Positions 20,390 to 30,827 are shown, counted from the first letter of the stretch. The stretch: DNA of 64,000 bases from an uncultured delta proteobacterium (GCA_963769935.1 CAVYNY010000013.1:585822-649821), one strand, 5' to 3'. Numbers and translations: made by a program. The notes: generated by a model from the letters alone, not told the origin.

Positions 20390-20467
20390 CCGCCGAGGGA
20401 AGATGAAGATCGCTAAACACCTAACAATACCCGTTCTCATACCAGCTACCTATTCTAGAAAGAATTT

Positions 20468-20572
20468 GCGGCCGGCGGCAATATTTTCGCGATAGCACGC
20501 GAACTCGACATTTCCCGAAATACGGTTTACAAAAAATTAAAGGAAGCGCACCGGAAACGACTGGAGTTGTAG
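20468..20572 (+). pseudogene. remnant: Fis-type HTH C-terminus of a sigma54 activator
   Basis: AAGGNIFAIARELDISRNTVYKKLK with no upstream coding region. Confidence 0.65.
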
Positions 20573-20700
20573 GCCGCGGTTGCGGATGCCGGTTTCATGG
20601 TTTCAGGCTCAAATCTCAGGTCACCGCCCGGAAGGTTTAAAGGACAGGGGCATATCCCGCCGGGATGCGACAGCTGGAAACGAGATTGAATTCCGGCTTA

Positions 20701-21804
20701 TTAATCACGCCACGGAAACACTTGCGGCCATTTTTCAGGCAGGCAGCGGGTATACATTCTTGAATATTCGGTGTCGACTCCGAGTTCTTCGGCTGCATGC
20801 CAGGCCCAGCGCGGGTCGAACATCATACCGCGCGCCAGGGCGACGATGTCGGCTTTACCGCCGGCGATGATTTCTTCCGCCTGACGCGCTTTGGTGATCA
20901 TCCCCACCGTCCAGGTCTTTATCCCGGTTTCCGCCCGGATCAGCGCCGAAAACGGCACCTGGTAGCCGGGCCCGAAAGCTATCTTCTGGCGCAGATCCAG
21001 GCCGCCCGAGCTGACGTCGATAAAATCGCAGCCCAGCGATTTCAGCGCCTCGGCGAAAACCACGGATTCTTCCACGTTCCATCCCCCTTCCATCCAGTCA
21101 GTGGCCGATATTCGAATACCCAGCGGCTTGTCGTCCGGCCAGACCGCGCGCACGGCCTCGAATACTTCCAGCGGAAAGCGCATGCGATTCTCGAGTTTGC
21201 CGCCGTACTCGTCATGGCGCCGGTTGCTGAGGGGCGACAGAAACTGATGCAGCAGATAGCCGTGAGCGCCGTGCAGTTCGATGAGATCAAAACCGATGCG
21301 GGCCGCCCGTTCGGCGGCAGCGACAAATTCGGCTTTGACCGCCGCCAGACCCTCGCGACTCAAAGCCTGCGGTACGTGCCAGTCCGATCCGAATGGAATC
21401 GCCGAGGGCGCGCAGGTTGCCCAGGGGCGTTCACCGGCCGCCAGTGATTTGCCGCCCTCTGACGGCAGCTGCGCCGACCCCTTGCGTCCGGCATGCGCCA
21501 GTTGGATCCCCATGGGGGTCACGCCGTACCTGCGGCAGAAGTCGATCACCCGTTTTAACGCCGCTTCGTTCTCATCACTGTAAAGGCCCAGGCATTGGTG
21601 CGTGATGCGGCCGGCCGCCGATACGGCCGTGGCTTCGGTCATCACCAATCCGGCCGCTCCCATGGAAAATTGGCCCAGGTGCATCAGGTGCCAGTCGATT
21701 GCCGAGCCGTTTTGAGCGGCGTATTGACACATGGAAGAAACCGCGATGCGGTTCTTCAAGGTAAGACTGCGAAGTTCTACAGGGGAAAAGAGTAGACTTG
21801 ACAT
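20701..21804 (-). CDS. NADH:flavin oxidoreductase (Old Yellow Enzyme, YqjM/NamA-like)
   Basis: NRIAVSSMCQY, QLAHAGRK, HGAHGYLLHQFLSP, DEYGG.LENRMRF. Confidence 0.93.
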   Translation of the reverse strand: MSSLLFSPVELRSLTLKNRIAVSSMCQYAAQNGSAIDWHLMHLGQFSMGAAGLVMTEATAVSAAGRITHQCLGLYSDENEAALKRVIDFCRRYGVTPMGIQLAHAGRKGSAQLPSEGGKSLAAGERPWATCAPSAIPFGSDWHVPQALSREGLAAVKAEFVAAAERAARIGFDLIELHGAHGYLLHQFLSPLSNRRHDEYGGKLENRMRFPLEVFEAVRAVWPDDKPLGIRISATDWMEGGWNVEESVVFAEALKSLGCDFIDVSSGGLDLRQKIAFGPGYQVPFSALIRAETGIKTWTVGMITKARQAEEIIAGGKADIVALARGMMFDPRWAWHAAEELGVDTEYSRMYTRCLPEKWPQVFPWRD

Positions 21805-22120
21805 GAACAAAAAGACTCCTTTTTACCAAAAATTTCTTTTTCGGTCAAACTGGTCCCCCGACCATATAAACTTCGGCGGCCGGCGGCGGTGCTGAACTTT
21901 GAACCCTGAACCTATCAGATAGGATAGTAACCACAGACATTTTTTGATGTCAACGCCTATTTGGAAAAGCAGGCCAACGGGAAGAAGCCCGGCCGGCGAA
22001 AAGGAAGATTTCCAATTTACTGTCAGCTAAAACTACTTATATTCTAATTGCAATACTCTGAATTGCCTCAAATGCCTTTTTATTCCAATAATAAAATTTC
22101 CACACGAAGGAGAAAATAAC

Positions 22121-23536
22121 ATGAAAATGCATGTTGGCACCGGCTGGATCGACAAGCCGGAAGTTATAAAAGTTTTCAATCCTTACGACGGCAGCGTGGT
22201 TGATACCGTCCCGAAATCAGACCTGAAAGACGTGGAAACGGCCATCGCTACTGCCGTGAGGGGCGCCCGGATAATGGCGCAGCTGACCGGATATGAGCGC
22301 TACCGTCTTCTCCATCGAGCAGCGGAGCTTTTGGAGGAACGGGCCGAGGAGTTTGCCCGTACAATTACGCTGGAAGAGGGAAAAGTTCTGGCCGAAGCCA
22401 GATTTGAAGCCGGGCGCACAGCCGAAATATTGAACCTGTCGGCGGAGGAAGCCAAACGCCTTTACGGTGAAACGATTCCATTGGACGGAGGTCCCGGGGT
22501 TCGGGGAAAATTTGGATTCACCGTTCGGGTGCCGTGCGGGGTCGTATTGGCCATTTCCCCTTTTAATTTCCCGCTCCATCTGGTGTGTCACAAGGTCGGC
22601 CCGGCGCTGGCCGCCGGAAATTCAGTGATTGTCAAACCCGCCACGGACACCCCCCTGTCCGCCCTCAAGCTGGTAGAACTTCTTTTGGAAGTCGGATTTC
22701 CGGCAGAGGCTGTTCAGTGTTTAACCGGGTCCGGCGGAGAAATCGGAGATGCCTTGTGCGCTGATCCCCGAATCCGCAAGATATCGTTTACCGGAAGCCG
22801 GGATGTCGGCGAACATATCTGCAAGACGGCGGGACTCAAGAAAGTGACCATGGAGTTGGGCTCCAATTCTCCCCTGATCGTCATGCCCGATGCCGATCTG
22901 GACAAGGTCGCCGCCATAACGGCCGCGACCGGATATTCCAACGCCGGCCAGGTTTGCATCTCGGCCCAACGGGTCATGGTCAACGATAAAATATACGACG
23001 ATTTTCTGGCTGCTCTCAGGCAGAAAGTCGCCGCCATCGCTACCGGCAATCCATTGGAAGAGAATGTAAAAATGGGACCCATGGTCCGCGAGCAGGATGC
23101 CGTGCGCGTTCAGGAATGGGTGCAGGACAGCGTCAAACATGGTGCCAGCTTATTGGTCGGGGGCGAAAGACAGGGGACGATGTTGGCACCGACCTTAGTA
23201 GCAGATGTCAAACCCGACATGCGCATCTCCCGCGATGAGGTTTTCGGCCCCGTTGTCGGCACCACGCGCTTTAACGATATCCACCAGGCGATCGAATATG
23301 CCAACAATACCAGATATGGATTGAGCGCGGCCATTTTTACCCGGAACCTCGACTGGGCGATGAAGTTCATCCAGGGAGTTGAATCCGGCAACATCCACGT
23401 CAACTGGGGCCCGCAATGGCGCACCGATCTGATGCCTTACGGCGGACTGAAAGAAAGCGGCATGGGCAAAGAGGGCCCGCGCTATGCGGTGGAGGAAATG
23501 ACGGAAACGAAGATGGTGGTCATGCACCTGGAGTAA
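22121..23536 (+). CDS. aldehyde dehydrogenase family protein
   Basis: PFNFP, FTGS, MELGSN, AGQVCIS, EVFGP, PYGGLKESG. Confidence 0.93.
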   Translation: MKMHVGTGWIDKPEVIKVFNPYDGSVVDTVPKSDLKDVETAIATAVRGARIMAQLTGYERYRLLHRAAELLEERAEEFARTITLEEGKVLAEARFEAGRTAEILNLSAEEAKRLYGETIPLDGGPGVRGKFGFTVRVPCGVVLAISPFNFPLHLVCHKVGPALAAGNSVIVKPATDTPLSALKLVELLLEVGFPAEAVQCLTGSGGEIGDALCADPRIRKISFTGSRDVGEHICKTAGLKKVTMELGSNSPLIVMPDADLDKVAAITAATGYSNAGQVCISAQRVMVNDKIYDDFLAALRQKVAAIATGNPLEENVKMGPMVREQDAVRVQEWVQDSVKHGASLLVGGERQGTMLAPTLVADVKPDMRISRDEVFGPVVGTTRFNDIHQAIEYANNTRYGLSAAIFTRNLDWAMKFIQGVESGNIHVNWGPQWRTDLMPYGGLKESGMGKEGPRYAVEEMTETKMVVMHLE

Positions 23537-23594
23537 AGGGTCCTGGCCCACAGAACCGGGTTTTCAATGTTAAAACTAAGACGGCGCCGGCCAG

Positions 23595-24440
23595 TTATTC
23601 GATCGCCAACCCGGTCTCCTCAAAAATCGGACGCAGAAAATCCAGGCTTTCGCGGCCGGCTTCATCCGGTGTGTCCTGGTAGGTATATAGCTCCAGACTG
23701 ATATCCCCCGTGTAGCCAAGCTGCACCATGGAGGTGAAAACCTCTTTGAACTCAACAGCACCCCGGCCGGCAATCAGGTGATTGTGTTCCCGGCCGGGCG
23801 CAATATCTTCCAGGTGCACGTGCCCCACCCACTGGAATAACTCCTCAAAAGCCTGCCGGGGATCTTCTCCCACACAGAAAAAATGACCGATGTCAAAATT
23901 AAGACCGATGACTTTGGACTGCACGTCCTTGATAAAGTCCTTAAACTGAGCCTTGGTTTCAATCATGAGATCCGGTTCGGGTTCCACCAGAATCATAACG
24001 CCCAGCTCTTCTGCCAGTGAAACCACCTGCGCCAGTCCCTGGTGAAAGAGATGCAGGGCCTCCCGCCGGGCCAGGCCGTTCAGCGGGCCGCCCGGCGGAA
24101 TCGAAATGTTGGGGCAGCCGATTTGTTTGGCAATTTTCAATGAATCAAGGGTGTGGCGGATACGGATCTCTCGGCGGGCTTTATCCGGTTCGATCCAGGA
24201 GGGCAAATAGGTATCGCCCACGGCGAAAAGCGTGAAACTGTTAAGGTTGGTCACCTTTATATTATTTTTAGCGATAACTTCATTGAGATGGTCTATTTGA
24301 CGCCGGTCGAAATCAGGCGGATACAGATGCGGGCGATCGCCCATGATCTCGACGCCTTTAAAGCCGAGGCGTGCTATTTTTTCAATTGCTTCCGTCAGGG
24401 AAAATTTTTTAAAGGCGTTGGTGCTGTATCCGAATACCAT
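23595..24440 (-). CDS. sugar phosphate isomerase/epimerase (xylose isomerase-like TIM barrel)
   Basis: VEPEP, NFDIGH, HVHLED, SLELY metal-ligand motifs. Confidence 0.88.
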   Translation of the reverse strand: MVFGYSTNAFKKFSLTEAIEKIARLGFKGVEIMGDRPHLYPPDFDRRQIDHLNEVIAKNNIKVTNLNSFTLFAVGDTYLPSWIEPDKARREIRIRHTLDSLKIAKQIGCPNISIPPGGPLNGLARREALHLFHQGLAQVVSLAEELGVMILVEPEPDLMIETKAQFKDFIKDVQSKVIGLNFDIGHFFCVGEDPRQAFEELFQWVGHVHLEDIAPGREHNHLIAGRGAVEFKEVFTSMVQLGYTGDISLELYTYQDTPDEAGRESLDFLRPIFEETGLAIE

Positions 24441-24616
24441 AATCAGTTCCTCATCTCTGTAATTTCAGTTTGAACATTTTTGTTTTCAATACTTAACCTG
24501 GATTAATCGTAAAATGCCTAAAATGCACTAAAATGCCTAAATTGCCTAAAGTTATGGGGTCGCTGCGCTTCGTCCTTTAAAAATCGACAGGATACCTCAA
24601 TTTTAGGCATTTCAAT

Positions 24617-25798
24617 TTATTCCAAGCTTCCTCCGCCGGAAATCTTCTCACGACACTCGCGTTCCAGCCGCGCCAGGCTGGTTACCTGATCCTGAAACGT
24701 CAGCGGCGGCGACTCTCCCACGGTCTTTTTAAAATAGAAGCCCAGCTCCGGGACCGGACCGCGGCGGCCTGCCATTTGCAGGGCCGCCGCCCACCGCGCC
24801 AGGTCTAAAACGAGGGGCGCTGCCAGAATGGAGTCCCGGCCCAGCAGATTGACCCGGATGCTCATGGGCAACCCGAACATTCCCTTAAAATCAATGGCAT
24901 CCCAGGCTTCCTTCGCATCGCCGCGCGGCGGGTAATAGTCGATATGGACCTTGTGAGCCGGTGCCCCGTAATTTTCGCCGACCCTGTAGCCTAGAAGGTC
25001 ATCCAGCAATTGGGTTTTGTTGCTCAATTTGCCGGCCGCCCGGTCAGGATCCATCAGGTTGGCGCCGTCGGCATTACCGAGGATGTTTAGACTGTACCAT
25101 CCATCGATCAGCAGGTTGCGGGCTTTCAGGGCGGATGCCAGGACCACTTTCAAATAAGTCTGGCCGGTCTTGCCGTCACGCCCGGCAACCGGCACACCCT
25201 GCTTAACGGCTTCATCCAGCAGCACCGGGATTTCAACAATGTTCGGCGTAAAATTAACAACCGGCACACCGGCCGATATGGCTGCCAGGCTGTAAGCCAG
25301 ATCCGGCATAATACCCGTTTGCGCTTCGGCATATAACTGCGAAAGGCTATTGCATCCCGCGAGCTGATGGGACGCCGCCGCCGGCAACAGATTGACAAAG
25401 ACCGCTCTGGCACGGGAATTCTGCGATTTAAAATTGATGATATCCCGGGCAAGCTGCTCAACCTGGTCCTGGAGGCCGGCCGTGGAGGCCGGGGCTTGCA
25501 GCACAGGTATACGGTCGAGATCCCGGGCATGCGGTTTCCAGATGGATTCGGCAATTACGCCGTGTCTTTGTATGGCAGCCGTGAGACTTTCGTCGGTGTT
25601 GTCCCATCCGGCCAGCCGGGTGGCCTGCAGAGGGCCCAAAAAAGAGAACAAATGTCCGGTTGTCAAACTGGGCACAACAGGCGCGGGATCGTGCCGCATG
25701 ACAGTGACCGCCGCAGCCAGAGTGGAGGCCACAGCTCCCTTGGCGCCGGCCACCAGCAGAAGCAGAGCATCGGAGTCGGTATTATCTGATCGGGTCAT
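24617..25798 (-). CDS. ino1: myo-inositol-1-phosphate synthase family protein
   Basis: GRDGKTGQT, SLNILGN.DG, YYPPRGDAKEAWD, RDSILAAPLVLDL. Confidence 0.88.
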   Translation of the reverse strand: MTRSDNTDSDALLLLVAGAKGAVASTLAAAVTVMRHDPAPVVPSLTTGHLFSFLGPLQATRLAGWDNTDESLTAAIQRHGVIAESIWKPHARDLDRIPVLQAPASTAGLQDQVEQLARDIINFKSQNSRARAVFVNLLPAAASHQLAGCNSLSQLYAEAQTGIMPDLAYSLAAISAGVPVVNFTPNIVEIPVLLDEAVKQGVPVAGRDGKTGQTYLKVVLASALKARNLLIDGWYSLNILGNADGANLMDPDRAAGKLSNKTQLLDDLLGYRVGENYGAPAHKVHIDYYPPRGDAKEAWDAIDFKGMFGLPMSIRVNLLGRDSILAAPLVLDLARWAAALQMAGRRGPVPELGFYFKKTVGESPPLTFQDQVTSLARLERECREKISGGGSLE

Positions 25799-26048
25799 TA
25801 AAAATATCCTGGATGAAAATGGGTAAACGGCAAGTCATTAAATAACCATGAGTATATAAGGGAATGCATCAGGAGTGTCAAGCAGGTAAATGGGATCGGC
25901 AGGCTGCGTCAAGATCAGCGCTGGTTGAGTCGGGACAGAATACATCCCTTCCTATGCGACCTGCCTGCAATGCCTTTAAAAAGAGTCGCGGTCAATGTAA
26001 AAATTTGGTTTATAACTCACACGATGTCCGATGCAGGCAGGCGGGTAT

Positions 26049-26666
26049 TCACTTTTTTAGAGTTTGCGCTTCGATCGGAAGGGCTGCTTCGGCAGCCAGG
26101 TATTCAAATAAGGTGATGGAATCCCGGCTGTCCCACTCGCGGGGTCCCAAGGCGATGCCGATCACCTGGCCGGTCTTATCAAGAATGATGGTGGTTGGAA
26201 TTACCCGCAGGCCAAAGCCGGCACCGCTCGCCCCGCTTGAATCCAGCAGAGCCGTGAAAGTCAGGTTATTTTTCCTAAAAAAATCTTTAACCCGTGGCGC
26301 GCTGTCCTGTATGCTGATCGTCACCATTGCGAAATCCTTATTTCTTAGCTTCCGTTGCAATTTTTCCATCGCGGGCATTTCTGCCACACACGTTGGGCAC
26401 CAGGTCGCCCAGAAATTAAGAAACACAATTTTGCCTCTGAAATCGGAAAGCCCGACACTGATGCCGTTTAAATCCGGCAGGCGGATGTCAACGGCATTTG
26501 GGCTGTGCCGGACCCTGACAACCTCCATTTTTTCCAACAGCCGATCCACATCATGACGGCCCGGTTTGGCCTCGGCCAGGGGATTGGCATCAAGGACAAA
26601 AAATACTGCCAATCCGGAGCCGATCAATAGAACACAAATCAAGGCTATCTTTATGTTTTTTTTCAT
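26049..26666 (-). CDS. TlpA/ResA-like thiol-disulfide reductase
   Basis: N-terminal anchor; NFWATWCPTC; cis-Pro VIPTT; GPREWD. Confidence 0.92.
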   Translation of the reverse strand: MKKNIKIALICVLLIGSGLAVFFVLDANPLAEAKPGRHDVDRLLEKMEVVRVRHSPNAVDIRLPDLNGISVGLSDFRGKIVFLNFWATWCPTCVAEMPAMEKLQRKLRNKDFAMVTISIQDSAPRVKDFFRKNNLTFTALLDSSGASGAGFGLRVIPTTIILDKTGQVIGIALGPREWDSRDSITLFEYLAAEAALPIEAQTLKK

Positions 26667-26731
26667 CAGGAAATTTATGCCCGTATTCCGGGCCCAGCAG
26701 ATTCATCACAAAAAAAATATGGCCGCCACCA

Positions 26732-27509
26732 TCATCCGGTATAAAGGCTGCCGCCGGCCAGTGCTTGAATCCGGACGGGGGGCGGCTCTATTTTTCTTTC
26801 ACCTTTGGGCCCTGTTTCGATTCTTCTTAAATTGGGACGATCTTCCCGCAGCTTGCCGTCGGAAACTCGCATAATGCGCTGGGCAAAGCCGGCACAGTCC
26901 GGACTGTGCGTCACCATGAGGATGGTCATGCCGTCCCGGTTAAGCTGAAGCAATAATCTCATAATTTCCCGGGTGGTCTGGGTATCCAAATTGCCGGTAG
27001 GTTCATCGGCCAGCAAAACCGGCGGTTCATTGACGATGGCCCGTGCAATCGCAACTCTTTCACTTTCTCCACCGGAAATTTGATTTGGAAGGCGATGGGC
27101 TTTTTCACCCAACCCCACCTGACGCAAGGCTTCCTGCGCCATGGTTCGCTTCTTCCTGTTGCCGGCTTTAACAACCGTCAGCGGCAGCATGACATTTTCG
27201 ACAACCGTCAGATAGGGTACGAGATGAAAGCTCTGGAAAATAAATCCCAGAAACTCCCGGCGAAAATCCGCCCTTTGTTCCTGCCGCAGGCCGTAGACGT
27301 CAATATCGTCGACTATCAGCCTGCCTGAGGTGGGGGCGTTCATGGCGCCCATCATCCCAAGCAGTGTCGATTTGCCGGCCCCGGATTCTCCCATTATGCC
27401 GATGAATTCACCTTCCTTGATTTGAAAGCTGATGTCATCAACGGCCGTAACAACCGCATCTCCACGGCCGTAATGTTTTAGTCAGGTTTTCAGCCGCTAT
27501 ATAGCTCAT
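26732..27509 (-). pseudogene. ABC transporter ATP-binding protein (LolD/MacB type), frameshift near 27477
   Basis: Walker A GESGAGKST, ISGGE, LLADEPTGNLD. The true N-terminus MSYIAAENLTK-HYGRGD needs removal of one A in an A4 run. Confidence 0.85.
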
Positions 27510-27709
27510 ATATTAATTCCTTACTTGATTATTCTTTAAGTGGTCAAATAAATCCGAAGCACGAATGCCTGCCTGCCAAAGCCATATCGCTGACTTTGAA
27601 TTATGATAGAAATTCTACTCCCTCTTCGAGCAGAAATATTGGCCGTGAAGTGGCATTGGCGGGCAGGTCGAAATACGAAACAAACTCTAATATTTTGTCA
27701 TACCGCTTA

Positions 27710-28867
27710 CTACAGCGCCCGCAGGGCTTCATTCGGATCCAGCCGGGATGCCATAAACGCCGGATAGGCGCTCGAAAGCAAACCGACGGCCAGTGCAATG
27801 ACAAAAGCGGCCCCGGCCAGCTCCCAGCTAAACGGAACAATTTCGGAGTGGCTTTCGCTAAACACCGCCAGAGCGGCCCGCGTGGCGCCAAATCCTGCAA
27901 AATAGCCGATGATGCCGGCCAAACCCGAAACTACGGCCGCCTCCATGAAGACGATGCGCATGACATGGCGCTTGCGAAATCCGATCGCGCGAAAGATGCC
28001 GATCTCATCGGTCCGCTCCCTGACACTGCCCATCATCGTCACCAGAACCACCAGACTGCCGATCAGCAGAATGACCATCGAAATGCCGTAGGAAAATTTT
28101 TTAAACTGCGCCAGCGTCTCCATCCGGCTTTTGACAACCTGCTGGATGGCCATTACCTTGGCGTCGGGAAGCACTGCGGAAATCTGTTGCACCATGGCAT
28201 CAATCGGGCAATCTTTGCAGAGAGCGGCGACTTCCGCCATTGAAACCTGCCCCTGTTTGTCGAAAACCGTTTGCGCCGTCGCAAGCCTGGTAAATATCAG
28301 CTGGTCATCCTGGGATCCGGTGGGTTGCAGTATGCCGGCAACGGCTAAATTATGATTGTTTATTTCAAGCCTGCTGCCGATCTCCAAATTAAGCACCCGG
28401 GCGGCTTCAGCTCCCAGTATGATGCCGTCGGCCTCCGGCAGATCGCCCTGCAGCTTCCACCAGGGCTTTAAGATTGCGGCGGCCTTAAAATCGACACCAG
28501 CCATGAGAACTTTATGTTGGCCCACGTTGGCGACTCCCAGGACCAGCGGCCCCAAGGCCGCGATATTTCTTGAATTCTTGATAGTGTCCACCCGCGCCAG
28601 ATCCGCCTGGTGAATTTCCTTCATCTCAAAAGACACGCCGCCCAGCGACAGCCCGCCATAGGAGAGTGCCAGATTCTCGGTTCTGGGAAGGATCAGAATG
28701 TTGGCCCCGTACTTTTCGAGCTTGTGATTGATATCGTTGCTCATGGCTTCAAGATAGCTGATAATTCCCACCACCGTCGACACGCCGATGACTAGACCGG
28801 CCAGCACAAAAGCGGCTTTGCCTTTGCGCCGCAGAAGGTTTTTCATTGCTATGGAATTAAGGTTCAT
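27710..28867 (-). CDS. ABC transporter permease (FtsX/MacB family)
   Basis: KNLLRRKGK N-terminus, YGANILILP, ERTDEIGIFRAIG, DPNEALR. Confidence 0.92.
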   Translation of the reverse strand: MNLNSIAMKNLLRRKGKAAFVLAGLVIGVSTVVGIISYLEAMSNDINHKLEKYGANILILPRTENLALSYGGLSLGGVSFEMKEIHQADLARVDTIKNSRNIAALGPLVLGVANVGQHKVLMAGVDFKAAAILKPWWKLQGDLPEADGIILGAEAARVLNLEIGSRLEINNHNLAVAGILQPTGSQDDQLIFTRLATAQTVFDKQGQVSMAEVAALCKDCPIDAMVQQISAVLPDAKVMAIQQVVKSRMETLAQFKKFSYGISMVILLIGSLVVLVTMMGSVRERTDEIGIFRAIGFRKRHVMRIVFMEAAVVSGLAGIIGYFAGFGATRAALAVFSESHSEIVPFSWELAGAAFVIALAVGLLSSAYPAFMASRLDPNEALRAL

Positions 28868-28959
28868 TATCGATTCCTTATTTTAAAAAACGAATTAAAA
28901 CAGATGGCACACCGAAAATATTCAGTCTTCAATACTCAATCTTCAATATTCAATTCTGA

Positions 28960-29520
28960 TCAGGCCTTTCCGTCTAATTTAAAGTACTGCCCACCTTCCT
29001 GGATATCTTTGATCTGGATGACGACCTTGTCGTTCTGCATGCTTCTGTTCAAGGGCGCCGGATTGCAGCCGCCCTGGATTTCATTGACCAGTACTGAGGC
29101 AAAGCGGCGGCCGCAGTTGCGGCAGACCATATAATCGCCGTCCTGGTAATAGCCTTTGCCGGCCGGCCAGCAAACATCACAGGCATCGAATGCCGCCCGA
29201 ATGATGCCGTCCGAACTTTTAAGAATGAAATAGCGAATGGTCAAATTACCGTCCGCATACTCGAAATGACGGGCCTTGCCGTCCTCAAACAGACGGGCGG
29301 GAAAAGAGACGAAGGTGCTGGTGGCCGTGACCGGAGCAGATGCAACCGCCGGACCGCTGCCCCTGCGGGCTGTCATGTAAAAAACAGCCGCACCCGCGAT
29401 GACAACCACCCCGATAAGGGCGATAATAATCGGCATTTTGTTGGTTTTTTCAGTTCCGAGAACAGCCGCCTTTTTAGCTGCCATTTTATCCTGATTCTTT
29501 TTATCTGATTTTTTCGACAT
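28960..29520 (-). CDS. DUF2318 membrane-anchored Fe-S protein
   Basis: AFDACDVC...GYYQDGDYMVCRNC...GGCNPAPL. Confidence 0.9.
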   Translation of the reverse strand: MSKKSDKKNQDKMAAKKAAVLGTEKTNKMPIIIALIGVVVIAGAAVFYMTARRGSGPAVASAPVTATSTFVSFPARLFEDGKARHFEYADGNLTIRYFILKSSDGIIRAAFDACDVCWPAGKGYYQDGDYMVCRNCGRRFASVLVNEIQGGCNPAPLNRSMQNDKVVIQIKDIQEGGQYFKLDGKA

Positions 29521-29675
29521 GGTAACTCCTCCTTATATTGGATTTGAGCTGATTGGAGCCGGCTGCAGCTTCCGCGACCAAAACGGAAGGAAAAAAAGGG
29601 CAGCGCGTGAAATGTTTTACAGTAAACTACGAATTGCGTATTTGCGGCAGACATTCGTCCGCGCCGGGTGAAGTA

Positions 29676-30110
29676 TCAAATGAGATAGGCGTGGTTCTGC
29701 AGATATAGGGGCGGCAAGTTGTATCTCTGGTCCGCAGGTTGAAAAATAATATTGCCGCTGAAATACCGGCTGCCACTGAAAGAATCGCTTGAAATAGCTG
29801 ATGGACCGAATACAACATGACGGAGACTGCAGTACGAGACCGGAATAACCTCCGGTAATTTATAGGGCCGTGTGGATTGCAGGCCGCAGGGACTCAGCGG
29901 AACTTCGTTGCAGAAGGCTATCGAAGATTGCACCTGTTTTTGCGTGTGATGCGGCATGCCCGTCGGGCCGGTCTGACAGCAGCATTTCATACCGCAGTCC
30001 GCAGCGGCCATAGTGCCGGCAGCAAACAGACTGTTGCTGATAATAAGAGCCAGGGCAAAGCACATGCCCTTCAAAATGATCGAACTCGATATTTTACGAA
30101 TTCCATTCAT
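29676..30110 (-). CDS. Cys/His-rich exported hypothetical protein
   Basis: Signal-like segment, DCGMKCCC, HH, C-terminal PPLYLQNHAYLI. Confidence 0.6.
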   Translation of the reverse strand: MNGIRKISSSIILKGMCFALALIISNSLFAAGTMAAADCGMKCCCQTGPTGMPHHTQKQVQSSIAFCNEVPLSPCGLQSTRPYKLPEVIPVSYCSLRHVVFGPSAISSDSFSGSRYFSGNIIFQPADQRYNLPPLYLQNHAYLI

Positions 30111-30142
30111 GGGCGGCCAATATACAGACTACCACATTGTGT

Positions 30143-30161
30143 TGTCAATAATAATTATTGA
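30143..30161 (-). promoter_or_regulatory. -35 TTGACA overlapped by AT-rich palindrome (possible Fur-type operator)
   Basis: TCAATAAT-A-ATTATTGA (30145-30161) upstream of the putative iron-uptake operon. Confidence 0.5.
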
Positions 30162-30353
30162 AAATTTTCCGCTAAAAGCCGATCGAAGAAGACGGCAAGA
30201 CGGCATGCATCAATTCTCTTTACAAGATCGCCTATCGTATTTATAATTACGGAAAATCGGCTTCCGGAAGGGAAGCCAATTATCTCAGGGTGTCGGCAAT
30301 CAAAATGATCATATCAAAAGCAAAAGAATATATTCGGAAAGAAAGGATTCAAG

Positions 30354-30827
30354 ATGAGCTACGATTTCAATGCGGACGATGTACTTGAAATGGCTGAACA
30401 GATGGAACGCAACGGCGCAAAATTCTATCGCACTGCCGCTGAAAGCACGCAAGATATCGGTAACAAGAAGTTTTTGCTGGAACTGGCCTCCATGGAAGAC
30501 CAGCACGAAAAAACGTTCAAGGCGATGCGCGCCGAATTGTCCGCCAAAGAAAAAGAATCAACCGTTTTTGATCCCGAAGACGAAGCGGCTCTATACTTGC
30601 GCGCCCTTGCCGACACCCGCGTCTTTTTTGAAAAAAAAATTGACGTAACTTCCCTGAAAGAAATTCTCAAATCCGCCATCGAGGCTGAAAAAGACTCCAT
30701 CGTTTTTTATCTGGGGATGAAGGAGGCGGTGCCCGAAAAATATGGCAAAGGAAGGTTGGACAATATTATCAAAGAGGAAATGGGACACATCAGGCTGCTG
30801 AGCAGGAAACTGGTGGAAGAGAAATGA
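30354..30827 (+). CDS. ferritin-like/rubrerythrin family protein
   Basis: AEQMERNGAKFY, EDQH, EKDSIVFY, EEMGH diiron motifs. Confidence 0.9.
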   Translation: MSYDFNADDVLEMAEQMERNGAKFYRTAAESTQDIGNKKFLLELASMEDQHEKTFKAMRAELSAKEKESTVFDPEDEAALYLRALADTRVFFEKKIDVTSLKEILKSAIEAEKDSIVFYLGMKEAVPEKYGKGRLDNIIKEEMGHIRLLSRKLVEEK

